DNA of 64,000 nucleotides from Eledone cirrhosa (lineage: Eukaryota). The stretch spans positions 91,635 through 155,634 of the forward strand of contig CAXHJY010001108.1 of NCBI GenBank assembly GCA_964016885.1, written 5' to 3'. Each line of letters starts with the position of its first letter. Within the stretch, counting starts at the first letter, position 1. The position numbers were made by a program, and so were the translations under genes. Shown in pieces: positions 1-13,532 of the stretch. The notes under the pieces were generated by a model. That model did no database searches, had not been told where the DNA came from, and was given only the letters and a program-made list of their open reading frames with translations.

Positions 1-172
1 GCAGTATTGGTAGAAAAGTCGGACATGCTTTCCAGCGTAGTTACGTCCCTTTACGATCTGAGTTCAAATCCCGCCGAGGTTAACTTTGCCTTTCATCCTT
101 ACGGGGTCGATAAAATAAAGTACCAGTAATGCGCTGGGATAATTGCTGGCCTTGTGCCAAAAAGTAGAAACA
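1..172 (+). mobile_element. tRNA-derived SINE (Meta-domain-like core), 5' end cut by window edge
   Basis: B-box-like GAGTTCAAATCCC followed by the core CTTTGCCTTTCATCCTTACGGGGTCGATAAAATAAAGTACCAGT and tail GGCCTTGTGCCAAAAGTAGAAAC; many copies in the window. Confidence 0.8.
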
Positions 173-499
173 ATTATTTGATAAATGAATACTCCGTCAC
201 TCAATATTACCTACCTGGGATAAACTACTGACGTGTAGTGATTTGTTCCCTAGGACCTGCTTATCACCAGCAAGTTACTACATAACACCTAAGATAAACA
301 ACACTCTTTTACAACTATATATATATATATTTATTAAAATAATAGATTTAAGTTTAAGCAAAGAATCGCTGTTATTTTAATCGCTTTAAACTTTAATCTG
401 TTATTTTAATAAATATTTGTTCTACGGTTCTTATATATTTGATATATATTTATCCTTATCGAACCCTCTTTGGATTTTAGTCTTTAAATTTATTATTAT

Positions 500-541
<42 letters not shown>

Positions 542-545
<4 letters not shown>

Positions 546-800
546 CATGCTTTAAGACGCCACATTTTCTCAATTTCAATTGGTAGATCTTTATACTTAC
601 TAAGCCTTCCGAACTCTTTCGAGATGTTATTATCTGAAGGTATGCTCATGTCAATTAAGAAACATGTTTTCTCTTTATGGTCCTTTACAATTACATCATG
701 TCTGTTGGCCTTGATTGTTCTGTCAGTATTCACAGGAAATCCCAGAGGATTGTTATGTTCTCTCCTCCTGTTACTGCATCTGGGTGATGGTTGTACCATT
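542..800 (-). pseudogene. Fragment of the restriction-like endonuclease (PD..D/ExK) domain of an R4/Dong-type non-LTR retrotransposon
   Basis: Translation TDRTIKANRHDVIVKDHKEKTCFLIDMSIPSDNNISKEFGRLSKYKDLPIEIEKMWRLK resembles the NRPD..IDxxxP..EK..KY..L..EI..MW motif; truncated at a (TA)n tract. Confidence 0.75.
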
Positions 801-834
801 TTCTACCCATTTACAGACTATTATTATTTGCGGT

Positions 835-1018
835 GGGATGGCAGTATCGTTAGAGGGTCGGACGCCATGCTTTTCAGCAAAGAGTTACGGCCCTTTATGG
901 TCTAATTTCAAATCCCGCCTAGATTAATTTTGCCTTTCATCTTTACGGGGTCGATAAAATAAAATACCAGTAATACACTGGATTAATTGCTGGCCTTGTG
1001 CCAAAAGTAGAAGCAATT
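835..1018 (+). mobile_element. tRNA-derived SINE
   Basis: Same family as 1-172, with head GGATGGCAGTATCGTTAGAGGGTCGGACGCC. Confidence 0.8.
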
Positions 1019-1517
1019 ATTATTTTCTTATAGAAAAGGTAGTCCAACGGGTTAAACGGTCAGACGTTCGCAAACACCCGGGCACTCCAACAAGCTATGG
1101 CTATTGTTGCATAGACATGGGGGTGACGCTGCGGCATTTGTAGAGATTCCAGGATAGTGAGCGCGTGCAGTCACCTTTTGACAGACACGTTTTTCTTCGG
1201 CATTTTTTCTCTCTATTCCTTACACACACACAAACACACACACACACACACACACATACACACACACACACTTCTATCAATAAGATTTTGTCACGCCCTT
1301 TACTGTCAACTACAACCACTGCCCAAGATTCATTGGATGTCAGTTATAAAAAAACAAAACAAATAAAGTTATGATCAAAGAAAAAAATCACACACACACA
1401 CACACAGGCACATACATGCATACACACACACACACGCACATATATACACATATACATACACACACATGCATACCTACATACATACATAGATACATGCACA
1501 AATACATGATTTCTGAT

Positions 1518-1652
1518 TTAGGCACAAAGCCAACAATTTTGTGGAAGGTAAAGTCGATTAAATCGACCTCAGTGCATTACTGGTACTTTATTTCATTGTC
1601 ACCGTAAGGGTGGAAGGCAAAGCTAACCTCAGCGGGGCTTGAAATCAGAACA
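1518..1652 (-). mobile_element. tRNA-derived SINE, diverged partial copy
   Basis: CAGTGCATTACTGGTACTTTATTT...GTAAGGGTGGAAGGCAAAGCTAACCTC is the reverse complement of the SINE core. Confidence 0.65.
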
Positions 1653-2359
1653 CAATGTTGTATGGACAGTTTAAATTTCGTTATTCTTTTGTTATAGTTA
1701 CTCATTCCAGAGCTTTGTATTTATCCGTCCCACAAAAGTGACTATTTATATCTTATAACAGCGTTTTCTCTGGCGACCAGTTTCTCTTTCTAAGTTGTTA
1801 ATTCTCAAATTACAAAAAAAAAACCTTCCACTTCCTTTCAGCAGTCTTATCCGAGAACCCGGAATCTAGTAGCGACGTTATTTACCACGCTACTCCAGCA
1901 AACTTTCAGATTTCCTTCTGTTTGCCAAAAGAAAGAAAAAAAACAAACAATCAAGGAATCGTTTATCTACTTCGTGAAGCTCCTTGTTATATCTACTTCC
2001 TCTTCGTATCATCTCTCCTTCACTATTCTCTCTCTGTCTGTCTCCAGCCTACGACCCTATATCCGGTTTCACCTACCGAAGCATCTATAAAGAAAATTCA
2101 TTTTTTTCTCGTTAGCTCTTCACTGATCCATAACGAGACCTACACTACACAGGGTTTACAAAAACACATAGGAGAGAAATAAATTGATATGGAAAATATT
2201 AAATAAAGATGTTTTATTATTATATTACATTCAAAGTAAAGGATGTCATAAATGATACAAAATCAAACATATGTCTTGTCTCTAAAAACAACTCAAGATA
2301 AACAAATCGAGCCTTAATAAGAAATGAAATATATTCATATACACCTAAGCGTGTACTAA

Positions 2360-2544
2360 GATATATCAAAGTTTAAAGACTAGAGAATCTGTACTGAATG
2401 CAAGATTACTTAATCCGTAGAGCATCTTATTAAAATTAATAAAAACTAAAACACCCTACCTGGTAATGATCAATATACTTCCCACTACGAAAGTAATCTT
2501 GCATTCAGTAGAGATTGTCTCTAGTCTTTAAGCTTTGATATATC
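2360..2544. repeat. Inverted repeat (fold-back) with ~50-bp arms
   Basis: GATATATCAAAGTTTAAAGACTAGAGAATCTGTACTGAATGCAAGATTACTT pairs with AAGTAATCTTGCATTCAGTAGAGATTGTCTCTAGTCTTTAAGCTTTGATATATC. Confidence 0.8.
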
Positions 2545-4572
2545 GTAACAATGATTTATACATTTATAAGCGTAGACATGGGCTGTCTGGTTAATAATAT
2601 GGTTTCAGGTTTGGTCTCACTACGTGACACATTAAGCAAGTGTCTAATACAGTACCCTATCGTTAACCAATATACCCTGTGAGTGGAATTTGGTAAACAG
2701 AAACTGTACAAAAGCCTGTCATGTACATATATGTATGTGTGTGTATGTCCGTGTGTTCGTCGTGCTGTTTGCTTCTATTTCTCGTAACATAGCGGATGAA
2801 CAAACTGATATCGATAAATATGTACCTGACTTTAAAATATACACGATATAATTGAGTAAAACTCTTCAAGTGGGTGCCCCAGCACATGTCCAATGGCTAA
2901 AATCAGTAAAAGACTAAAAACATCGATAATATGAGAAGAAAATTGAAGAATAGTAAAAAAAAAAAAGAAAAAAAAGGGTTGTCGATAAATCCTACAAGTA
3001 AATACCATTGTACGGTCGCTTTCTCTTGGCACTGGTCTCAGTCAAGACCTCAGGTGTACTTGCATCCCGTACTGCCGATCTCCTCCGCATGATCGGAACG
3101 TCAGTAGCCCGAGGTTGGGTAGCTGTTGCAGCGGGTGTCGCTGGCTATTGGCCGTGGAAATGCTTTTGCGATCATGTCCGTGGGACGCAGCCCCAAAACC
3201 GCCGCACCCTAGGCCTAGATCCCATCCTCCCCCTCCTCCCATTCTTCAGTGATCCTAGAGCCCTTGCTTTTCCCTTCATTTTCCGTTTTTAAGTATCGGT
3301 AGTGTTGTTATTTGAAATAGATTTCTACATAATTTTTTTTTATTAATAAAACATTTTTGCTGATATTAACAACAGCAAAAAAAAAAAAAGAAGTAAAAAT
3401 TGAATATTTTAGTAAAAAAAGAAGGGAAATGTTAAGCTACAACTATGAATAAATTTATAAAAATACAAAAATAAAACAGATACATATTGGACGCTATCCC
3501 TATCACTGCAGCCGTTATTTTGAATCTCACTTTCACCATCCTTTTTCTTCTTTGCCCACGCGGTGTCCTCTCTGTGCGCAGTCAACTTGTTTGAAATAGC
3601 AGCTACATTTCTTTCTTTCAGACCACAATGCATGTCCGTACGAATTGAAAGAAACACATATTAGATAATGTAGTCAAGGATTACACGGCCTCTACCAAAG
3701 ATAACAAAAAAAATAGTATTGCTATGGCTGTTATGCCTTTGATGATCATAGGTCTGTCAGTTCAATCAGAATTGACCTGAAGCTTAACACCAACAACTCT
3801 GCCTTCATTTCCCAGTTTTTTTCATTTTCTTAGCCACTGTTTTATGATAAACTGTCCTCTCTTCTATTTCTCATGAACCTTCTTGTCGTTCACACTGACT
3901 CACTCATACGAACATCGTACACATATTTTAAGTCACTTTCTACTCTCTTAATCCCTAATTCACTCTTTCTTTCTCTCATACTATATTTCCTCACTTCTCC
4001 CCACGTCCTCGTCTAAAAAAAGAAAAAAAAAAAAAATGTTGCTCTGCTATCAGCTTTGGACTATAAATTCTTGTACTATTGACAATCCTAAGCGACAGGA
4101 GGCGTATATTTATTTAGGCAATGTATTTTTTTCTGTTCGTCTTTTTTTCTTTCTTTGTTTTCTTTCTCTCATCTCCCCCACCCCCAATCGTGTTTCATTT
4201 TTATGTCCCTCTTGTATTTAAAGACGGAGTTAATAAAAAAAGCAATAATAACAACAATAATAATAAAATCATGGGGTTTCATTTAAACATATTATTAACG
4301 AGGTCAAGAACTATAATGTATACTATCTATCTGTACGATAATTTACATGTCTTATAATCTATCTGCCTGATAATTTTGTCAGCAGAGATTTCCATTTATA
4401 AAGGTGTGATGGTAGTGGGGGATAAAGAAGGGAAGGATTCAGAACAATAATGCTTAAATTGGAAAAGTCTGTTCAGGAAATTTCATGAAATAAAATATGC
4501 GTGTGGCGAAGGCAAGCAGCTGAAAAGACTCAATAGATTAAAACAAACGATGCATCGATTGTACTTCCACTG

Positions 4573-4667
<95 letters not shown>

Positions 4668-4670
4668 TAT

Positions 4671-4886
4671 AAACGGAAAAAATGAAACGAAATTTCATTT
4701 CTCACTCTTAGTACGGCTGTTACTTAAATATAAGTATGTATACGTACATACATATATGTATACAGACGTACAGTAGTATGTATATATATATATACATACA
4801 TGCACACATATATACATGTACGTATGGATTCACCGAACATTTATTATAATAAACTAAGAGTGAGAAATGAAATTTCGTTTCATTCT
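4671..4886 (-). mobile_element. Partial copy of the ~420-bp hammerhead-bearing repeat (family A) with a short inverted end
   Basis: Near-identical to 16671-16845; CTAAGAGTGAGAAATGAAATTTCGTTTCATT at ~4855-4885 is an inverted copy of its start; abuts (TA)n. Confidence 0.8.
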
Positions 4887-4992
4887 ATTCCATATATATA
4901 TATTCGTCACACATTCTGTGATCTCAATCAATGACTGATTTCTTATTTTGTGATTCTTCTTTGTTCTGTCCTACACCATCTGTTTTGTCCAT

Positions 4993-5030
<38 letters not shown>

Positions 5031-5031
5031 G

Positions 5032-5121
<90 letters not shown>

Positions 5122-5220
5122 GACCGGTTGAAGTTGAAGGAACAGAATAGCGGTCGCCCTCGGGTCCTCGATTTTCGGCCCCATGGATTTTATTTATTAC
5201 ATTCACGCATTATATTTCGA

Positions 5221-5278
5221 ATACCTGATGATATCACCGGATTCATACGGAACCCGGTCATTGAAATGATCATAGTAT
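5221..5278 (+). ncRNA. Type I hammerhead ribozyme
   Basis: atac-CTGATGA-stem II (accgg/ccggt)-GAAA-tgatca-TA-gtat, then AATAAA. Confidence 0.85.
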
Positions 5279-5441
5279 AATAAACCTTTCAAGGATTTAC
5301 ACAAATCCAGCCTCCTGTCATTTCATTATGATACACACATATATATATATAAATGTAAAAGGTAAACAGAAATAACAACACAATCGGTACAGTATATGGA
5401 AGGAATATATTAGGTTAACTCTTGATGTAGCAGGAAGAGGG

Positions 5442-5477
5442 TCTTAACGTTTAGGATGTCAGTCCTTCATCAGAAGA
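5442..5477 (-). ncRNA. Decayed type I hammerhead (GAAA to TAAA)
   Basis: tctt-CTGATGA-agga ctgaca tcc-TAAA-cg-TT-aaga; a related decayed copy lies at ~27612-27646 (+). Confidence 0.6.
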
Positions 5478-5687
5478 AAGAATGAGAAATAAGATAGATT
5501 GAGGGGGCAGGTGGGTTGGAATTGGAAAAAATGTCTTTAGATAAAAATAACAGGTCCATTCATGTTGACATCTCTTGGAAAACTGTTGGTGCTGGCGTTT
5601 GTGTATGATTTATTTTTTAGAAAAGTGAATATATATATCTATATTTAATCTCCCCCCCCCTCTCTCTCTCTCTCTCTCGTTCTCTCT

Positions 5688-5735
<48 letters not shown>

Positions 5736-5745
<10 letters not shown>

Positions 5746-5970
5746 GACAAGGCAGGGAGTACGTTGCTCTAAGGAACACCAATAGTGTGAAACAGAATTT
5801 GTCAGGTTCTCTCCCTTCTTTGCCGAAAAAACAGAAGTAAGTGACATAGTCACTACTCTAAAATGATAGCGCAAGGTCTTCAAAATGTGTTTAATTAAAC
5901 ATACGGTATATTGCCAAATATACTATACATACATTCATGTATACATCGCTATTTCAGAGCACCAATCCTA
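5736..5970 (+). mobile_element. Diverged copy of hammerhead-bearing element family B
   Basis: Homologous to 8925-9148; hammerhead remnant at 5766-5807 (CTAAGGA-acac/gtgt-GAAA...GTC); flanked by (TA)n. Confidence 0.7.
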
Positions 5971-6139
5971 ATTATATATATATATATATATTTAATCTAT
6001 TGAGTCTTTTCAGCTGCTTGCACTCGCAACACGCATATTGTATATGCGTGTGGCGCATATAAAAAAAATATATATATACACTTCGTTTTTGAATTTGTTT
6101 TGCAAGATTTTTTTATCTGAAAATGTGCGTTGAAACAGA

Positions 6140-6415
6140 TATTGTTATACTTTGGGAGGGTCATACTGCTAATAAAACACACGCACCTCTTGGTTTTCAA
6201 TTTAATTTATAACTTTCCGGTTGGACAAAACAGATGGTGTAGGACAGAACAAAGAAGAGACACAAAATAAGAAATCAGTCATTGATTGAGATCACAGAAT
6301 GTGGGACGAATATATAAACGACCATCCCAAACCGGAAATTTATAATAAATTTAAGTGAGAACCAACAGGTGCGTGTGTTTTTATCGGAAGCATGACCCTC
6401 CCAAAGTATAACAAT
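6140..6415. repeat. Fold-back repeat family (TTGTTATACTTTGGGAGGGTCAT / ATGACCCTCCCAAAGTATAACAA)
   Basis: The same inverted arms recur at ~18221-18525 and ~53443-53609, each next to (TA)n. Confidence 0.75.
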
Positions 6416-7269
6416 ATATATATATAACAAAAGACGAGATGGAGTAGCAAATTAAGACCAGAAAGGAGAGACACAAAAGGAGAACAAATAGTCATCGAGG
6501 AGGTCACAGAATGTGCGATGAAACATTTTGATGAACAAACGAATAACTCTAAGTGTGTGTGCATGTTTGTTTGTGTGTAAATGTGTGTGTGCATGTATGT
6601 GTGTGTATGTGTGTGTGCATGTGATGTGTGTTTGTGTGTGTATGTGCATATATAAATATATAACATATATGCTTACTAATTTTTTTTTCCCAACGTTTCA
6701 GTGAAGAAGAGCAGATAAGATGCAATACGTGTGGATTCAGCTACTAGAAAACAGAACTCCTTTAAAGTTTTAGAGTCTTAAATATAAAGTACATTGAAGA
6801 ATGTATGTTAGATTAAACAATACTCTTTTATAGTACAACAGGATGACTTTGCTTTGCTCGATAAGTGCTGAACTAGATAGAGTACAAAACAATAACATCA
6901 ACAACGATAAGAACAAAAACAATGACAACGATAACAACAACAGCACAGAATTGAGCGAAAATAAAGGTACAGTAGGAAGCAGCTCATGATATTATCGATT
7001 TATCTTCAGACGGGAAACCTGGTGCAAATATATGCAACACGATGAACTCCTCTCAAATACACCAAAGCGCCAATTACTGGTGTTAAACAACTGGATTGAG
7101 ACGCTGCATAGTTCCAGGACCCGCAGTGACAACTATCCCAAAAAATAAAAAATAAATAACTCTATACCCCTTTACTTTCTGAGCCGAATCCTCCTCAATT
7201 TAGGCCCTAAAGCAATTTTCTGCCTTCCACAATTTCTCTCGGGAGCTTAAATTCATGGCAGGAAGGTAT

Positions 7270-7312
7270 ACGATGCTGACGATAGCTAGTAAGCTTGAAA
7301 CTAGTACATCGT
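7270..7312 (+). ncRNA. Type I hammerhead ribozyme (family A)
   Basis: acgatg-CTGACGA-tagct agta agctt-GAAA-ctag-TA-catcgt. Confidence 0.9.
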
Positions 7313-7532
7313 TCCTGTATCAGTGTTGAACAAAAAGGTGACGTGGTTGCCTAAACACTGTACGGCGTAATTCGTCGGGCTGTTTGTTTGTTTACAAACA
7401 AACCGAGCAATATAATAAATGTTCGGTAAACCGATACGTGCATATATATATGTGTGCATGTATGTATATATATACATACATATATGTATACAGACGTACA
7501 GTAGTATGTATATATATATATATACATACATG

Positions 7533-7591
<59 letters not shown>

Positions 7592-7659
7592 AAAGACTCA
7601 GGACCCTGACGGCTAAGCTACGGCCGTTTCGACTGCGAGATCCGGACAGTTCTAATCTA

Positions 7660-7962
7660 GCTGACGATAGATAGTAAGCTTGAACTAGTACAGCGTTCCT
7701 TTGTCAGTGTTGAACAAACGAGCAACGATGGTTGCTAGACACTACGGCTTAATACGGGATGTTTGTTTACAAACACACCGAGCATTACAATAAATGTACG
7801 GTGAATCCATACGTACATATATATATGTGTGCATGTATGTATATATATATATACATACTACTGTACGTCTGTATACATATATGTATGTACGTGTACATAC
7901 TTATATTTAAGTAACAGCCGTACTAAGAGTAGGAAATGAAATTTCGTTTCATTTTTTCCGTT
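7660..7962 (+). mobile_element. 5'-truncated family A unit starting at a damaged hammerhead (stem I 5' strand lost, GAA instead of GAAA)
   Basis: Matches 17518-17815; ends in (TA)n. Confidence 0.8.
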
Positions 7963-8006
7963 TCTATATATGTATATATATATATATATATAATGTGAGC
8001 GTTGCG

Positions 8007-8104
<98 letters not shown>

Positions 8105-8774
8105 ATATATATTTATATATATATATATATATATATACATAAACAGATGCAAACACATATATGCACCTACGAAAGCATGTATGTGTATGTATGTGTGCAT
8201 GTATGGATATGTGTGTAAGCATACATGTTAGTTAGTATGTATGCGAGTCTGAGTGTCTGTCCAGCTTTGCTTTATTATCACTTTGTAAACATATGGTATA
8301 ACCAGAACCGGGTCGCTGGAAGATTTAAGTCCACAAAATAGAATAAATGAATAAATATAATAAAAATGAGATAAAAAAATAAAATTAAAATGTCGTGGGT
8401 GGGTGGGGGATGTTATGGGCGGGTGATATGGAATGGTGTGGTGTAGAATGGTACGGTGTATTGTAGTGTGTGTGTGTGTGTGTGTGGCAAACCGGATAGA
8501 AAGTATGAAAGAAAACCTCTAAAAAGAGCGTTTCAACGAAAGATCCGGAATTGTAAAATTCCCAAACACTACCTACCACATATGACAGCTCAGCTATAGA
8601 TAAATACACCCCCAAACGCGTATATATATATATATATATATATATATGAATGTATGTATAGTATATTTGGTAATATACCGTATGTTTAATTAAAAGCATT
8701 TAGAAGACTATACGTTATCAGTTATAATGTAGTGACTAAGTCACTTACTTCATTTCAGCGAAAGAAGGGAGAGA

Positions 8775-8816
8775 AGCTGACAGTCTGTTTCACGCTGGTT
8801 GGCATTCACCAGAGCC
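8775..8816 (-). ncRNA. Type I hammerhead (family B), A6G variant
   Basis: ggct-CTGGTGA-atgc caacca gcgt-GAAA-cagactg-TC-agct. Confidence 0.7.
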
Positions 8817-8954
8817 ACGTACTCCCCTGCTTTCGTCGAAAATTATAGAAGGTGGATTCTTATAGAATTCCAGTAATAATCAGGAGCTGATTATACAGAG
8901 CGATTGTCAGCGAATCCAGCTTCTATAATTTTCGGCGAAAGCAGGGAAGTACGT

Positions 8955-8996
8955 GGTTCTGATGAACGCCAACCAGCGTGAAACAGACTGTCAGCT
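8955..8996 (+). ncRNA. Type I hammerhead ribozyme (family B)
   Basis: ggtt-CTGATGA-acgc caacca gcgt-GAAA-cagactg-TC-agct. Confidence 0.85.
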
Positions 8997-9150
8997 TCTC
9001 TCCTTTCGCTGAAAAGAAGTAAGTGACTTAGTGACTACTTTAAAACTGATAACGTATAGTCTTCCAAATGTTTTTAATTAAACATACGGTATATTACCAA
9101 ATATACTATACATACATTCATGTATACATCGCTATTTCAGAGCACCAGTA

Positions 9151-9220
<70 letters not shown>

Positions 9221-9243
9221 AAAATAAATATATATATAACACT

Positions 9244-9277
<34 letters not shown>

Positions 9278-9349
9278 CATATATATATATACATATATAT
9301 ATATACATATATATATACATATATATATATACATATATACATACATATA

Positions 9350-9388
<39 letters not shown>

Positions 9389-9996
9389 GGTGGCTGCCAA
9401 CTCGTTTTCGAGTACGGCCACTACTTTATATCCATGTAGGAGAACCCCTACCAATGCGCTGAACGAGTGTGACTTTTTAGTCCAGCCAGCGACTTGAAAA
9501 CTCTGGTACAAACACTACACTTGTGACAATTATTGACACACAGTGCTGGGCCCATGGTACCATGTGACGACAAGTGCAGAGAGATCTCCAGATATAAAGC
9601 AATGCCTGTGCCGTGAAGCTTTTATAGTGAGCAAAGGCACTGCACAAAGCCAGTCCCACTCTCTTAACCAAGATGATATTTACCAAAAAGAAGAACAAGT
9701 CAACATCATTGGATACCATCAGAGTTGCAGGTGTTATATCAGAGTTTTCCTTCTCCTAGAATTCTGCCTTGACAAAGGCTAAGGGGTCATCTCTCCCGGT
9801 GATTTTGGATGGCCATTGACTCTTAAGAGCTCCTTTGCCCTTTGACAGGTTTTGTTTTTAGTCCTGCAGGATGTCCAAAGTCACCCTCCTCACCAAGAAA
9901 CCTTGGTGGGGTTGCCAGTTTAGTCGCCAACGACCCGACCATGAGACAGGTTGTACTGGGATACATGTTACCAGTAGCACCAACTAGTGACCTGAC
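9389..9996 (-). mobile_element. ~608-bp non-coding interspersed repeat, probably a non-autonomous retroposon
   Basis: Near-identical copies at 11932-12483 and 37519-38126; flanked by microsatellites; no conserved protein motif. Confidence 0.8.
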
Positions 9997-10033
9997 ATAA
10001 ACATATATATATATATATATATATACATACATA

Positions 10034-10074
<41 letters not shown>

Positions 10075-10140
10075 ATACATACATACATACATATATATAT
10101 ATATACATATATATATACATACATATATATATATACATAT

Positions 10141-10173
<33 letters not shown>

Positions 10174-10250
10174 CATACATATATATATATACATATATAC
10201 ATACTTATATATACATACATACATATATATATATACCTACATATATATAA

Positions 10251-10283
<33 letters not shown>

Positions 10284-10381
10284 TGTGTACATATATACAT
10301 TCATATATATATATACATATATACATACATATATATGTACATATTTACATACATATATACATATATATATACATACATACA

Positions 10382-10442
<61 letters not shown>

Positions 10443-10549
10443 CCAGGGAGTGTAACGTGAAGTTACTGTAGGTTCACCCAGGTGACCACTACATGTTTAG
10501 CTTCACATCAGTAGCGAGGTGTAGAGTTAGACAGAGTGTAATATAATAA

Positions 10550-10735
10550 CTGTTTCTACTTCTGGAACAAGGCCAGCAATTATCACAGTACATTACTGGT
10601 ACTTTATTTTATCGACCCCGTAAGGATGAAAGGCAAAGTTAACCTCGGCGGGATTTGAACTCAGATCACAAAGGGAGGTAACTCTATGCTTCAAAGCATG
10701 GCGTCCGACCCTCTACCGATACTGCCAATCCACCA
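10550..10735 (-). mobile_element. tRNA-derived SINE
   Basis: Reverse complement of the SINE at 835-1018. Confidence 0.8.
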
Positions 10736-10894
10736 ATAATACAAGAACGATTTGTTAAGCCTTCAATGAAATATATATATATATATATTTCATTTATTTT
10801 ATTACATTTATTTATTTTATACATATATATTTCGCTGTCGTGGCGAGGTTTGCCTACCGCGATTTTCAATTTGTCATACCGTCTAACGAATGTT

Positions 10895-11068
10895 CAGTAT
10901 CGGTAGAGGGTCGGACGCCATTCTTTGATGCATAGAGTTACGGCCCTTGCCATACTGAGTTCAAATCCCACCGATGTTAACTTTGCCTTTCATCCTTACG
11001 GGGTCGATAAAATAAAGTACCAGTAATGCACTGGTTAATTACTGGCCTTGTGCCAAAAGTAGAAACAG
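10895..11068 (+). mobile_element. tRNA-derived SINE
   Basis: Same family; inverted relative to 10550-10735, about 160 bp away. Confidence 0.8.
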
Positions 11069-11167
11069 TTATTACTCTGAGCTTTCTCATCGAGTGCTTG
11101 GCTGCATAAATTCCTGATGGTGTTTCGTTCGCTTGGCTATAATCGAAGCTTCGATTTTACGAAACTT

Positions 11168-11200
<33 letters not shown>

Positions 11201-11869
11201 CACACACAACCGTACACGCACGAACACCGGCATGGCCTAAACCCGTCGGTTGGAACTCGTAGTAGTTTAATAGAGTAATAACTACACAATAACACCTACT
11301 CAAAAAATATAAATATATCCCTCCGAAACGTACGCTTACATAAATATAAAACGTACGCTTAAAATTGGAACACACACACTCACACACATACGCGCGCGCA
11401 CGCACACACATACACACACACACAAAAGTACAACACCCCACACAAACCCACAAATACATCATTTCTTATAAGAGAAAAATCTCAGATGGACATGTATTTA
11501 TGTATGTATGTATGTATGTATGTATGTATGTATGTATGTATGTATGTATGTATGTATGTATATATGTATGTATGTATGTATGCATGTATGTATGCGTGCA
11601 TGTATGTATATATGTATGTATGTATGCATGCATGTATGTATGGGTGTATGAAAGATTTATCATACATTTTCACATACCTGACGCATACAGATCAACTCTA
11701 CATTTTATGTAATCACACTCATACACGAACATTACAATTATTTTAATAGCATATATAAATAAATGTGTAACAAAATACGCATACACATATAAAGCACACA
11801 TGCATATACACACATATTTAGTCACATATATATGTATATTTATACACACATGGATAGATACACACATGC

Positions 11870-11923
<54 letters not shown>

Positions 11924-11931
11924 TATATGGT

Positions 11932-12483
11932 GGTGGCTGCCAACTCGTTTTCGAGTACGGCCACTACTTTATATCCATGTAGGAGAACCCCTACCGATGC
12001 ACTGAACGAGTGTGACTTTTTAGTCCAGCCAGCAACTTGAAAACTCTGGTACAAACACTACACTTGTGACAATTATTGACACAGTGCTGGGCCCATGGTC
12101 CCATGTGACGACAAGTGCAGAGAGATCTCCAGATATAAAGCAATGCCTGTGCTGTGAAGCTTTTATAGTGAGCAAAGGCACTGCACAAAGCCAGTCCCAC
12201 TCTCTTAACCAAGATGATATTTACCAAAAAGAAGAACAAGTCAACATCATTGGATACCATCAGGGTTGCAGGTGTTATATCAGAGTTTTCCTTCTCCTAG
12301 AATTCTGCCTTGACAAAGGCTAAGGGGTCATCTCTCCCGGTGATTTTGGATGGCCATTGACTCTTAAGAGCTCCTTTGCCCTTTGACAGGTTTTGTTTTT
12401 AGTCCTGCAGGATGTTCAAAGTCACCCTCCTCACCAAGAAACCTTGGTGGGATTGCCAGTTTAGTCGCCAATGACCCGACCAT
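11932..12483 (-). mobile_element. Truncated copy of the ~608-bp repeat
   Basis: Matches 9389-9943; ends in a degenerate (TA)n array. Confidence 0.8.
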
Positions 12484-12639
12484 ATATATATATATATACA
12501 TACATATATACATACATATATATATATATATATACATATATACATACATATATATATATATACATACATATATATATACATACATATATATATACATACA
12601 TATATATATACATACATATATATATACATATATATATAC

Positions 12640-12670
<31 letters not shown>

Positions 12671-12699
12671 CATATATATATACATATATATATATATAC

Positions 12700-12730
<31 letters not shown>

Positions 12731-12764
12731 CATACATATATATATCTATCTATATATCTCTCTC

Positions 12765-12798
<34 letters not shown>

Positions 12799-12806
12799 TC
12801 TATATA

Positions 12807-12837
<31 letters not shown>

Positions 12838-12845
12838 CTCTCTCT

Positions 12846-12890
<45 letters not shown>

Positions 12891-13023
12891 CATATATATA
12901 TATATACATACACATATATATATATATACATATATAAGCATACATATATATACATATATATATACATATACATATATATATATATACATATATACATATA
13001 CATATATATATATATACATATAC

Positions 13024-13088
<65 letters not shown>

Positions 13089-13185
13089 CATATATATATA
13101 TACATATATATATATACATATATATATACATATATATATATACATATATATATATACATATATATATATACATATATATATATAC

Positions 13186-13246
<61 letters not shown>

Positions 13247-13300
13247 CATATATATAAACATACACACATATATATATATATATATATACACACACATATG
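12484..13300. repeat. Degenerate (TA)n/(TACA) microsatellite
   Basis: Direct inspection. Confidence 0.95.
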
Positions 13301-13500
13301 CATACACAGTACGGATTAGATTAGTCGTTTTACGCTGAAAGAAATATTTGCATGCCAAAATGTATTTAATTTCTTAACAGGTGACTAAAATGGGAGATAT
13401 GAGATAACGATATTATTACTTCACTTTGTGTGTGTATGTGTCTGTGTATCTGTTTATGTGTGTGTGTGCGCGCGTCTGTGTGTGTGTTTGTATGTGTGTG

Positions 13501-13532
<32 letters not shown>

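Larger units (their letters stand above)
8645..9148. mobile_element. Head-to-head inverted pair of hammerhead-bearing element family B
   Basis: Arms ~8645-8860 and ~8915-9121 are reverse complements; (TA)n on both sides. Confidence 0.85.

Noticed and set aside
3008-3292. GC-rich patch with short ORFs
   Set aside because: No recognisable protein or RNA motif.
9477-9782. ORFs repeated in three copies of the 608-bp element
   Set aside because: Their conservation reflects recent copying; no protein motif was recognised.
12364-13358. Long Y/I/H/T-rich ORFs here and at 54535-56258, 59965-60703, 62098-62787 and elsewhere
   Set aside because: They are translations of stop-free (TA)n/(CA)n microsatellites.
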